Below are positions 1-9,631 of a stretch of DNA of 64,000 nucleotides, one piece after another. Source of the DNA: Macrostomum lignano (lineage: Eukaryota); NCBI GenBank assembly GCA_002269645.1, contig NIVC01001000.1, positions 124,001-188,000 of the forward strand. The letters run 5' to 3'. Both the position numbers and the translations under genes were made by a program. The notes below the pieces were generated by a model that was given only the letters and a program-made list of their open reading frames with translations, did not search any database and had not been told where the DNA came from. Position 1 is the stretch's first letter; each line of letters starts with the position of its first letter.

Positions 1-268
1 TAACTGCTCATTGAGTGCTGTCACTAACTGGTCATTGAGTGCTGTCACTAACTGGTCATTGAGTGCTGTCACTAACTGGTCATTGAGTGCTGTCACTAAC
101 TGGTCATTGAGTGCTGTCACTAACTGGTCATTGAGTGCTGTCACTAACTGGTCATTGAGTGCTGCCACTAACTGGTCATTGAGTGCTGTCACTAACTGGT
201 CATTGAGTGTTTTCATTAACTGGTCATTAAGTGCTGTCACTAACTGGCCATTAGGTTCTGTCACTAAT
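1..268. repeat. 24-bp minisatellite (AGTGCTGTCACTAACTGGTCATTG)n
   Basis: Direct reading; gives SAVTNWSL / TALNDQLV 8-aa periodic ORFs. Confidence 0.95.
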
Positions 269-506
269 TGGATATCGGATTAGCTTCCGAATGCATCACT
301 TTAAGAGAATTCAACAAAGTCCGAATATCATGAATAAAACGACAAAACAGCTGCTAAAGGATTCCGAGCACACTAAAGACCAAGACCGATTGTGCACGTC
401 GGCAATGACGGAGCGCCGCAAGGGTGAATATTCGCTACAGAAAGTGCAGTCGGAGTGCCACTTAAGATTGTTGACTTGATTGAATTTCTTGCCGCACACT
501 TTGCAC

Positions 507-1613
507 TCAAATGGCTTTTCTTGTGTGGAGCCTTGAGTGCCTGGTAAGATGGCTGCTGTCACTGAATCTCTTGCCGCACACTTTGCACTCAAATGGCTTT
601 TTTTGTCCTGTGTGCAGCCTTGAGTGCTTAGTGAGACAGCTGCTGACACTGAATCTCTTGCCGCACACTTTGCACTCAAACGGCTTTTCTCCTGTATGCT
701 GCCTTAAGTGCCTAGTCAGATGGCTGCTGTCACTGAATCTCTTGCCGCACACTTTGCACTCAAATGGCTTTTCTCCTGTGTGCTGCCTGGAGTGCTTAGT
801 GAGACAGCTGCCGTCACTGAATCTCTTGCCGCACACTTTGCACTCAAATGGCTTTTCTCCTGTATGCAGCCTTGAGTGCCTAGTGAGATGGCTGCTGTCA
901 CTGAATCTCTTGCCGCATACTTTGCACTCAAATGGCTTTTCTCCTGTATGCAGCCGTGAGTGCCTAGTGAGATGGCTGCTGTCACTGAATCTCTTGCCGC
1001 ATACTTTGCACTCAAATGGCTTTTCTCCTGTATGCAGCCTGGAGTGTGTAGTAAGATGACTGCTGACACTGAATATCTTGCCGCACACTTTGCACTCAAA
1101 TGGCTTTTCTCTTGTGTGCAGTCTGGAGTGTGTAGTAAGGCTGCTGCTGTCACTGAATCTCTTGCCGCACAACTTGCACTCAAATGGTCTCTCACCAGTG
1201 TGAGACCGGCTGTGCACGTGCAGATCGGGTTTCGCTGAGGACTTCCCACACCGCTTGCATTTGTGCGGTGTTGCCTTCCTGTGCACCACACTAATGTGAG
1301 CATTGAGATAGCTTCTCCTGGAGAACTTCTTTTGACAAGTGTCGCACTGGAACGGCTTCTGGAGACCCTGAGCACTATTTGTCACTGCACGACCGCCATC
1401 TGCACACGGCTGCATCGCTGACTCATTGCGAGACGCGACCTGCTCGACCGCCGCCGCTCTGCCAGCTTCTGAGTTGGTCGCAGCCGCCTCCTCAGGCTCC
1501 GAGTCGCGGCCAATTCCGTGTGACCGCACATGACGCAAGTACTGCGCCGCTGCCGGTCGGGTGCGGCAGAACCGCCTGGGACAAAACGGGCAGGCGACAG
1601 AGCCCCGGCGCAT
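507..1613 (-). CDS. Single-exon C2H2 zinc-finger protein, 368 aa: N-terminal atypical finger, 2 divergent fingers, 8 homogenised fingers (copy L1)
   Basis: Repeated CxxC-x12-HxxxH with TGEKPF linkers; ends HTRKAI*. No KRAB, SET, BTB or SCAN domain recognisable. Confidence 0.88.
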   Translation of the reverse strand: MRRGSVACPFCPRRFCRTRPAAAQYLRHVRSHGIGRDSEPEEAAATNSEAGRAAAVEQVASRNESAMQPCADGGRAVTNSAQGLQKPFQCDTCQKKFSRRSYLNAHISVVHRKATPHKCKRCGKSSAKPDLHVHSRSHTGERPFECKLCGKRFSDSSSLTTHSRLHTREKPFECKVCGKIFSVSSHLTTHSRLHTGEKPFECKVCGKRFSDSSHLTRHSRLHTGEKPFECKVCGKRFSDSSHLTRHSRLHTGEKPFECKVCGKRFSDGSCLTKHSRQHTGEKPFECKVCGKRFSDSSHLTRHLRQHTGEKPFECKVCGKRFSVSSCLTKHSRLHTGQKKPFECKVCGKRFSDSSHLTRHSRLHTRKAI

Positions 1614-2474
1614 CTCTGAGAAACTGTGGGGCTACAATCCGTGCTGAGATGCCGATGCTCGAAGCCCGTCTCTGCCTTGAGCTGCAATGCGGAGCGATAG
1701 AGACTTCGTCACTTTGTCATCCAAGTTTGAATGACGTTCAAAGATTTTTAATCACGTATTGTCAGAAGATTCCGTTTAATTATAAAGATAGTTGGGTATT
1801 TTAGTATGGAGACAAAATATTTAAGCATTCGATTTGCATCTGAATGCATTGAGGTTCATATTGAAAGAACAAAGGCAATTTTTTTTTTCAATTATTTTTT
1901 CTACCCATGCACCGAATTTCACCAATGTACTTTTTTAAGACATTAGCATGTGAAATTTCTCTTACAATACGTATGAATATACTCGTATTATCATTAGCTG
2001 CAAAATTAACAAGACGAAATTGCTGACCCACGATTATATAACTGTAGTAGTCAGCATAGCAGCAGCAATTAAGCAATCATTTGTCACAAATGAAAAGACA
2101 CGAGACGATTAAAGGATTTGCTGCTATATGCACAAATAAATAACACACATGGATGAGTTTACGTTGCCTATTAAGTCATTAAAAAAGCAATTAAAATATC
2201 CTGGCAAACATTTAAACAAAACAATTAGTAAGGAAAACAAGTAAAATTTGAATGCCACCGGTGTAATTTATAAATACAGGGGAGAAAAGGTTCGATAACA
2301 ACGCTTGATTGCACAAAATTGAAACGCAAGTTAGGGAGTCAAAGGAAAATTTTAAGTGCTAAGTACTTCTACAATAAGCAATGAAATGATTGGGAAACAA
2401 TTGGATACCTTTGGCAGGAAACAAAGTAAAAAGCTGGTCTAGCAGTACAGTGTGCAGTATAATATATGCAGTGC

Positions 2475-2940
2475 CTACTGGTCATTGATTGCTGTCAGTG
2501 TCACTAACTGGTCATTGAGTGCTGTCACTAACTGGTCATTGAGTCCTGTCACTAACTGGTCATTGAGTGCTGTCACTAACTGGTCATTGAGTGCTGTCAC
2601 TAACTGGTCATTGAGTGCTGTCACTAACTGGTCATTGAGTGCTGTCACTAACTGGTCATTGAGTGCTGTCACTACCTGGTCTTTGAGTGCTGTCACTAAC
2701 TGGTCGTTGAGTGCTGTCACTAACTGGTCATTGAGTGCTGTCACTAACTGGTCATTGAGTGCTGTCACTAACTGGTCTTTGAGTGCTGTCACTAACTGGT
2801 CATTGAGTGCTGTCACTAACTGGTCATTGAGTGCTGCCACTAACTGGTCATTGAGTGCTGTCACTAACTGGTCATTGAGTGTTTTCATTAACTGGTCATT
2901 AAGTGCTGTCACTAACTGGCCATTAGGTTCTGTCACTAAT
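2475..2940. repeat. 24-bp minisatellite between ZF copies L1 and L2
   Basis: Same unit as 1-268. Confidence 0.95.
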
Positions 2941-3178
2941 TGGATATCGGATTAGCTTCCGAATGCATCACTTTAAGAGAATTCAACAAAGTCCGAATAT
3001 CATGAATAAAACGACAAAACAGCTGCTAAAGGATTCCGAGCACACTAAAGACCAAGACCGATTGTGCACGTCGGCAATGACGGAGCGCCGCAAGGGTGAA
3101 TATTCGCTACAGAAAGTGCAGTCGGAGTGCCACTTAAGATTGTTGACTTGATTGAATTTCTTGCCGCACACTTTGCAC

Positions 3179-4285
3179 TCAAATGGCTTTTCTTGTGTGG
3201 AGCCTTGAGTGCCTGGTAAGATGGCTGCTGTCACTGAATCTCTTGCCGCACACTTTGCACTCAAATGGCTTTTTTTGTCCTGTGTGCAGCCTTGAGTGCT
3301 TAGTGAGACAGCTGCTGACACTGAATCTCTTGCCGCACACTTTGCACTCAAACGGCTTTTCTCCTGTATGCTGCCTTAAGTGCCTAGTCAGATGGCTGCT
3401 GTCACTGAATCTCTTGCCGCACACTTTGCACTCAAATGGCTTTTCTCCTGTGTGCTGCCTGGAGTGCTTAGTGAGACAGCTGCCGTCACTGAATCTCTTG
3501 CCGCACACTTTGCACTCAAATGGCTTTTCTCCTGTATGCAGCCTTGAGTGCCTAGTGAGATGGCTGCTGTCACTGAATCTCTTGCCGCATACTTTGCACT
3601 CAAATGGCTTTTCTCCTGTATGCAGCCGTGAGTGCCTAGTGAGATGGCTGCTGTCACTGAATCTCTTGCCGCATACTTTGCACTCAAATGGCTTTTCTCC
3701 TGTATGCAGCCTGGAGTGTGTAGTAAGATGACTGCTGACACTGAATATCTTGCCGCACACTTTGCACTCAAATGGCTTTTCTCTTGTGTGCAGTCTGGAG
3801 TGTGTAGTAAGGCTGCTGCTGTCACTGAATCTCTTGCCGCACAACTTGCACTCAAATGGTCTCTCACCAGTGTGAGACCGGCTGTGCACGTGCAGATCGG
3901 GTTTCGCTGAGGACTTCCCACACCGCTTGCATTTGTGCGGTGTTGCCTTCCTGTGCACCACACTAATGTGAGCATTGAGATAGCTTCTCCTGGAGAACTT
4001 CTTTTGACAAGTGTCGCACTGGAACGGCTTCTGGAGACCCTGAGCACTATTTGTCACTGCACGACCGCCATCTGCACACGGCTGCATCGCTGACTCATTG
4101 CGAGACGCGACCTGCTCGACCGCCGCCGCTCTGCCAGCTTCTGAGTTGGTCGCAGCCGCCTCCTCAGGCTCCGAGTCGCGGCCAATTCCGTGTGACCGCA
4201 CATGACGCAAGTACTGCGCCGCTGCCGGTCGGGTGCGGCAGAACCGCCTGGGACAAAACGGGCAGGCGACAGAGCCCCGGCGCAT
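3179..4285 (-). CDS. C2H2 zinc-finger protein, copy L2 (same translation as L1)
   Basis: Identical 368-aa translation at offset 2672. Confidence 0.85.
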   Translation of the reverse strand: MRRGSVACPFCPRRFCRTRPAAAQYLRHVRSHGIGRDSEPEEAAATNSEAGRAAAVEQVASRNESAMQPCADGGRAVTNSAQGLQKPFQCDTCQKKFSRRSYLNAHISVVHRKATPHKCKRCGKSSAKPDLHVHSRSHTGERPFECKLCGKRFSDSSSLTTHSRLHTREKPFECKVCGKIFSVSSHLTTHSRLHTGEKPFECKVCGKRFSDSSHLTRHSRLHTGEKPFECKVCGKRFSDSSHLTRHSRLHTGEKPFECKVCGKRFSDGSCLTKHSRQHTGEKPFECKVCGKRFSDSSHLTRHLRQHTGEKPFECKVCGKRFSVSSCLTKHSRLHTGQKKPFECKVCGKRFSDSSHLTRHSRLHTRKAI

Positions 4286-5146
4286 CTCTGAGAAACTGTG
4301 GGGCTACAATCCGTGCTGAGATGCCGATGCTCGAAGCCCGTCTCTGCCTTGAGCTGCAATGCGGAGCGATAGAGACTTCGTCACTTTGTCATCCAAGTTT
4401 GAATGACGTTCAAAGATTTTTAATCACGTATTGTCAGAAGATTCCGTTTAATTATAAAGATAGTTGGGTATTTTAGTATGGAGACAAAATATTTAAGCAT
4501 TCGATTTGCATCTGAATGCATTGAGGTTCATATTGAAAGAACAAAGGCAATTTTTTTTTTCAATTATTTTTTCTACCCATGCACCGAATTTCACCAATGT
4601 ACTTTTTTAAGACATTAGCATGTGAAATTTCTCTTACAATACGTATGAATATACTCGTATTATCATTAGCTGCAAAATTAACAAGACGAAATTGCTGACC
4701 CACGATTATATAACTGTAGTAGTCAGCATAGCAGCAGCAATTAAGCAATCATTTGTCACAAATGAAAAGACACGAGACGATTAAAGGATTTGCTGCTATA
4801 TGCACAAATAAATAACACACATGGATGAGTTTACGTTGCCTATTAAGTCATTAAAAAAGCAATTAAAATATCCTGGCAAACATTTAAACAAAACAATTAG
4901 TAAGGAAAACAAGTAAAATTTGAATGCCACCGGTGTAATTTATAAATACAGGGGAGAAAAGGTTCGATAACAACGCTTGATTGCACAAAATTGAAACGCA
5001 AGTTAGGGAGTCAAAGGAAAATTTTAAGTGCTAAGTACTTCTACAATAAGCAATGAAATGATTGGGAAACAATTGGATACCTTTGGCAGGAAACAAAGTA
5101 AAAAGCTGGTCTAGCAGTACAGTGTGCAGTATAATATATGCAGTGC

Positions 5147-6075
5147 CTACTGGTCATTGATTGCTGTCAGTGTCACTAACTGGTCATTGAGTGCTGTCAC
5201 TAACTGGTCATTGAGTCCTGTCACTAACTGGTCATTGAGTGCTGTCACTAACTGGTCATTGAGTGCTGTCACTAACTGGTCATTGAGTGCTGTCACTAAC
5301 TGGTCATTGAGTGCTGTCACTAACTGGTCATTGAGTGCTGTCACTACCTGGTCTTTGAGTGCTGTCACTAACTGGTCGTTGAGTGCTGTCACTAACTGGT
5401 CATTGAGTGCTGTCACTAACTGGTCATTGAGTGCTGTCACTAACTGGTCTTTGAGTGCTGTCACTAACTGGTCATTGAGTGCTGTCACTAACTGGTCATT
5501 GAGTGCTGTCACTAACTGGTCATTGAGTGCTGTCACTAACTGGTCATTGAGTGCTGTCACTAACTGGTCATTGAGTCCTGTCACTAAGTGGTAATTGAGT
5601 GCTGTCACTAACTGGTAATTGAGTGCTGTCACTAACTGGTCATTGAGTGCTGTCACTAACTGGTCATTGAGTGCTGTCTATAACTGGTCAATAAGTGCTG
5701 TCACTAACTGGTCATTGAGTGCTGTCACTAACTGGACATTGATTGCTATCCTAACTGGTCATTGAGTGCTGTCACTAACTGGTCATTGAGTGCTGTCACT
5801 AACTGGTCATTGAGTGCTGGCACTAACTGGTCATTGAGTGCTGTCAATAACTGGTCATTAAGTGCTGTCACTAACTGGTCATCAAGTGCTCTCACTAACT
5901 GGTCATTAAGTGCTGTCACTAACTGGTCATTAAGTGCTTTCACTAACTGGTCATCAAGTGCTGTCACTAACTAGTAATTGAGTGCTGTCACTAACTGGTC
6001 GAGTGCTGTCACTAAATGCTGTTACTTTGCACTTAGTAAGTGCTGTCACTAACTGGTCATTAGGTGCTGTCACTA
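5147..6075. repeat. 24-bp minisatellite, longest block
   Basis: Same unit; more degenerate toward 6075. Confidence 0.95.
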
Positions 6076-6093
6076 TATGGTTATTGGATTAGC

Positions 6094-8661
6094 TTACGAA
6101 TGCATCACTTTAAGAGAATTCAACAAAGTCCGAAGATCATGAATAAAACGACAAAAAGCTGCTAAGGGATTGCGAGCAAACACTTGGCGCACAATAAGGA
6201 CCAAGACAGATTGCTCACGTCGGCAATGACGGAGCGCCGCAAAGGTGAATATTCGCGACAGAAAGTGCTGCTCGGAGTGCTTTTTAAGATTGCTGATTTG
6301 ATTGAATCTCTTGCCACACATTTTGCACTAGAATATATAAATCTTTCAGGCTTTCTAGGGCAGAAAGGAGGAGAATCCGAGGGCCGCGAAGCTGGCCTGC
6401 TGGATTTGTATTCCTTCTTGATTTTGCGGGCGGACCGAGAAACGACATTCTTCGGCCCGCAAGTCAAGTCAAACTGCATTCGCTTCAGTCTAAGTTCAGT
6501 GCAAGTCCTGATTCTCGGCCCGCAAGAAAATGGAATTTGTCTATGGTACAAAATGCAAACTGTATTTCATTTTAGCTCGTAGTTCCGAGCCTAAAAGAGC
6601 GACTGACAAAGTATTAATTAGTCTAACTTTTTATTAAAATTTATTTAATTGACTCCTGACCCGAGCGTTCTGAGAAAATGATAGACTACTCCTGTATAGA
6701 AGGACGAGAGATTTCTGGGTTGCAGCGCGAAGAAATCGACTTTGTATGCCAACTCCGTGGCCGTGGGCGAATGTTCAATCGGTACACTGGCTTGCCTGTG
6801 CCTGGAATTGGATTCAGCAAGGCGCTCGAAAACGGCCTGTTGGATGCTCTAGTAAACGATCTTCTGCTGAAGTGAGCAGCGACAATCAACCCCGGAAGCT
6901 AACAAGTGATGAAGTGAGCGCCATTTTGGATGTGGAGAATGCCTCACGCGTCATCTCTACCGAAGCAAAAAGCCTAATCCAATCGTTAAACCAGTCACGA
7001 TCAAGCGATGTCCCACTTCAATCGCCTAGTTTTAGCGTTGAGCGTGGCAACCTAAAAGTATCTGCTGTTGACTGCGAACAAAGGGACTTTAATGGAGTTC
7101 TGCCGACTGCAGTGCTAGAGAAAAATAGATCCCGTGTTCTATTTTTCCTATAAGTGAGTACCTCTGAAAGCCACTTGGGCATTGAACTACCCTATGTACT
7201 GTAAAGACGGAGTGGGTTCCACCACAAGACTATATTAAATCGTTACTGTTGTCCTCTGTGTAATGTTGCGATTTTAACGTTTTAAATACAATCGTTTCGG
7301 CTTCGTCTATGGCCCAGCCCGATATCGGGCAGAGAATAGGCCGTTTCTTAAGCAGTCTTGCCCGCAAAATCAAGCAGGAATGGCTTTTCTCCTGTATGCA
7401 GCATCGAGTGTGTTGCGAGGTTGCTGCTGTCACTGAATCTCTTGCTGCACACTTTAAACTCAAATGGCTTTTCTCCTGTATGCAGCCTTAAGTGCCTAGT
7501 AAGATGGCTGCTGACACTGAATCTCTTGCCGCACACTTTGCACTCAAATGGCTTTTCTCCTGTGTGCAGCCTTGAGTGCCTAGTGAGATGGCTGCTGACA
7601 CTGAATCTCTTGCCGCACACTTTGCACTCAAATGACTTTTCTCCTGTGTGCTGCCTGGAGTGTGTAGTAAGGCTGCTGCTGACACTGAATCTCTTGCCGC
7701 ACACTTTGCACTCAAATGACTTTTCTCCTGTGTGCTGCCTGGAGTGTGTAGTAAGGCTGCTGCTGTCACTGAATCTCTTGCTGCACATTTTGCACTCAAA
7801 TGGCTTTTCTCCTGTGTGCAGCCTTAAGTGCCTAGTAAGATGGCTGCTGACACTGAATCTCTTGCCGCACACTTTGCACTCAAATGGCTTTTCTCCTGTG
7901 TGCAGCCTTGAGTGCCTAGTGAGATGGCTGCTGACACTGAATCTCTTGCCGCACACTTTGCACTCAAATGGCTTTTCTCCTGTATGCAGCCTGGAGTGTG
8001 TAGTAAGGCTGCTGCTGACACTGAATCTCTTGCCGCACACCTTGCACCCAAATGGCTTTTCTCCTGTATGCAGCCTGGAGTGTGTAGTAAGGCTGCTGCT
8101 GTCACTGAATCTCTTGCCGCACACTTTGCACCCAAATGGCTTTTCTCCTGTGTGCAGCCTGGAGTGTGTAGTAAGGCTGCTGCTGACACTGAATCTCTTG
8201 CCGCACACCTTGCACTCAAATGGTCTCTCACCAGTGTGAGACCGGCTGTGCACGTGCAGATCGCGTTTTGCTGAGAAGGACTTTTCACACCGCTTGCATT
8301 TGTGCGGTTTTGCCTTCCTGATGTTCCTGTGCACCACACTAATGTGAGCTTTGAGATAGCTTCTCCTGGAGAACTTCTTTTGACAAGTGTCGCACTGGAA
8401 CGGCTTCTGGAGACCCTGAGCACGATTTGTCACTGCACGACTGCCATCTGCACACGGCTGCATCGCTGACTCATTGCGAGACGCGACCTGCTCGACCGCC
8501 GCCGCTCTGCCAGCTTCTGAGTTGGTCGCAGCCGCCTCCTCAGGCTCCGAGTCGCGGCCAATTCCGTGTCACCGCACATGACGCAAGTACTGCGCCGCTG
8601 CCGGTCGGGTGCGGCAGAACCGCCTGGGACAAAACGGGCAGGCGACAGAGCCCCGGCGCAT
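6094..8661 (-). pseudogene. C2H2 zinc-finger gene copy L3, disrupted
   Basis: ATG at 8661. TCA>TGA at codon 31 (8569-8571). 10 homogenised fingers, the last with C>F (EFKVC). A ~1.05 kb insertion splits the last linker; the terminal finger and tail resume at 6094-6327. Confidence 0.85.
6328..7380 (-). mobile_element. Non-autonomous element with asymmetric inverted repeats (Helentron/Helitron2-like)
   Basis: Interrupts the KPF|ECK junction with no target duplication. A 21-bp inverted repeat (20/21 match) lies at 7360-7380 (terminal) and 6411-6431 (~80 bp internal). 14-bp palindrome GCCCGATATCGGGC at 7317-7330, hairpin at 6351-6367, CTAG at 6328-6331. Absent from the right arm. Confidence 0.55.
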
Positions 8662-9631
8662 CTCTGAGAAACTGTGGGGCTACAATCCGTGCTGAGATGC
8701 CGATGCTCGAAGCCCGTCTCTGCCTTGAGCTGCAATGCGGAGCGATAGAGACTTCGTCACTTTGTCATCCAAGTTTGAATGACGTTCAAAGATTTTTAAT
8801 CACGTATTGTCAGAAGATTCCGTTTAATTATAAAGATAGTTGGGTATTTTAGTATGGAGACAAAATATTTAAGCATTCGATTTGCATCTGAATGCAATGA
8901 GGTTCATATTGAAAGAACAAAGGCAATTTTTTTTTTTCAATTATTTTTTCTACCCATGCACCGAATTTCACCAATGTACTTTTTTAAGACATTAGCATGT
9001 GAAATTTCTCCTACAATACATATGAATATACTCGTATTATCATTTGCTGCAAAATTAACAAGACGAAATTGCTGACCCACGATTATATAACTGTAGTAGT
9101 CAGCATAGCAGCAGCAATTAAGCAATCATTTGTCACAAATGAAAAGACACGAGACGATTAAAGGATTTCCTGTTATATGCACAAAAAAATAACACACATG
9201 GATATGAGCGACAGACACAGACATAAAGTACTACAAACGAAATGAGTCACAAAATTGAAAGCAATTACAAATAACTTAATATTTCCCCACCTAGTCCGAA
9301 TGCGGAAAAGCATCACTTACTACTATCTCTCCGAACTAAGACATAAGTAGCATAGTTGGAGCATGCAGTATGAAAAAAAACGAGAAAAAACAACGAGACA
9401 GATGACACAATCCACCTTATTAACCAGACAAAGAAGTGAAATAAAATTTTGAAATAAACTGTATTATCATTTCGTTTTAATATAATTTTTACATAGAACT
9501 TATAATCGCATCAAATAGAAATCTGCTAGCAAATCAGGAGCTTGTGAATTATATTTAGATCCAACAGTTGATTTTATTATTGTCATTGACTTGTCAGAAA
9601 CTATAAAAACAATAATTAGCCAATAATAAGC

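Larger units (their letters stand above)
1..9203 (-). repeat. Tandem array of ZF-gene units (period 2672 bp for the first two); inner boundary at ~9203
   Basis: The ORF track repeats at offset 2672 (507/3179, 291/2963, 1888/4560). Unit sequence ...aacacacatggat switches to unique sequence at ~9203. Confidence 0.93.

Noticed and set aside
511-1375. Long antisense and alternative-frame ORFs over the finger arrays (also 7358-8423, 56800-57717, 61859-62926)
   Set aside because: Shadows of the 84-bp periodic ZF code.
507-1613. Calling the ZF gene PRDM9 or a KRAB-ZFP
   Set aside because: No SET/PR, KRAB or SSXRD sequence is visible; only the mode of array evolution is similar.
507-2940. 8 fingers x 3 bp = 24 bp, suggesting the ZF protein binds its own satellite
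   Set aside because: Numerical coincidence. The D-H-R helices predict GGC triplets, which the satellite lacks, and finger strings differ between copies while the satellite does not.
1-6075. 24-bp repeat arrays as a CRISPR array
   Set aside because: Units are head-to-tail with no unique spacers, there are no cas genes, and the context is eukaryotic.
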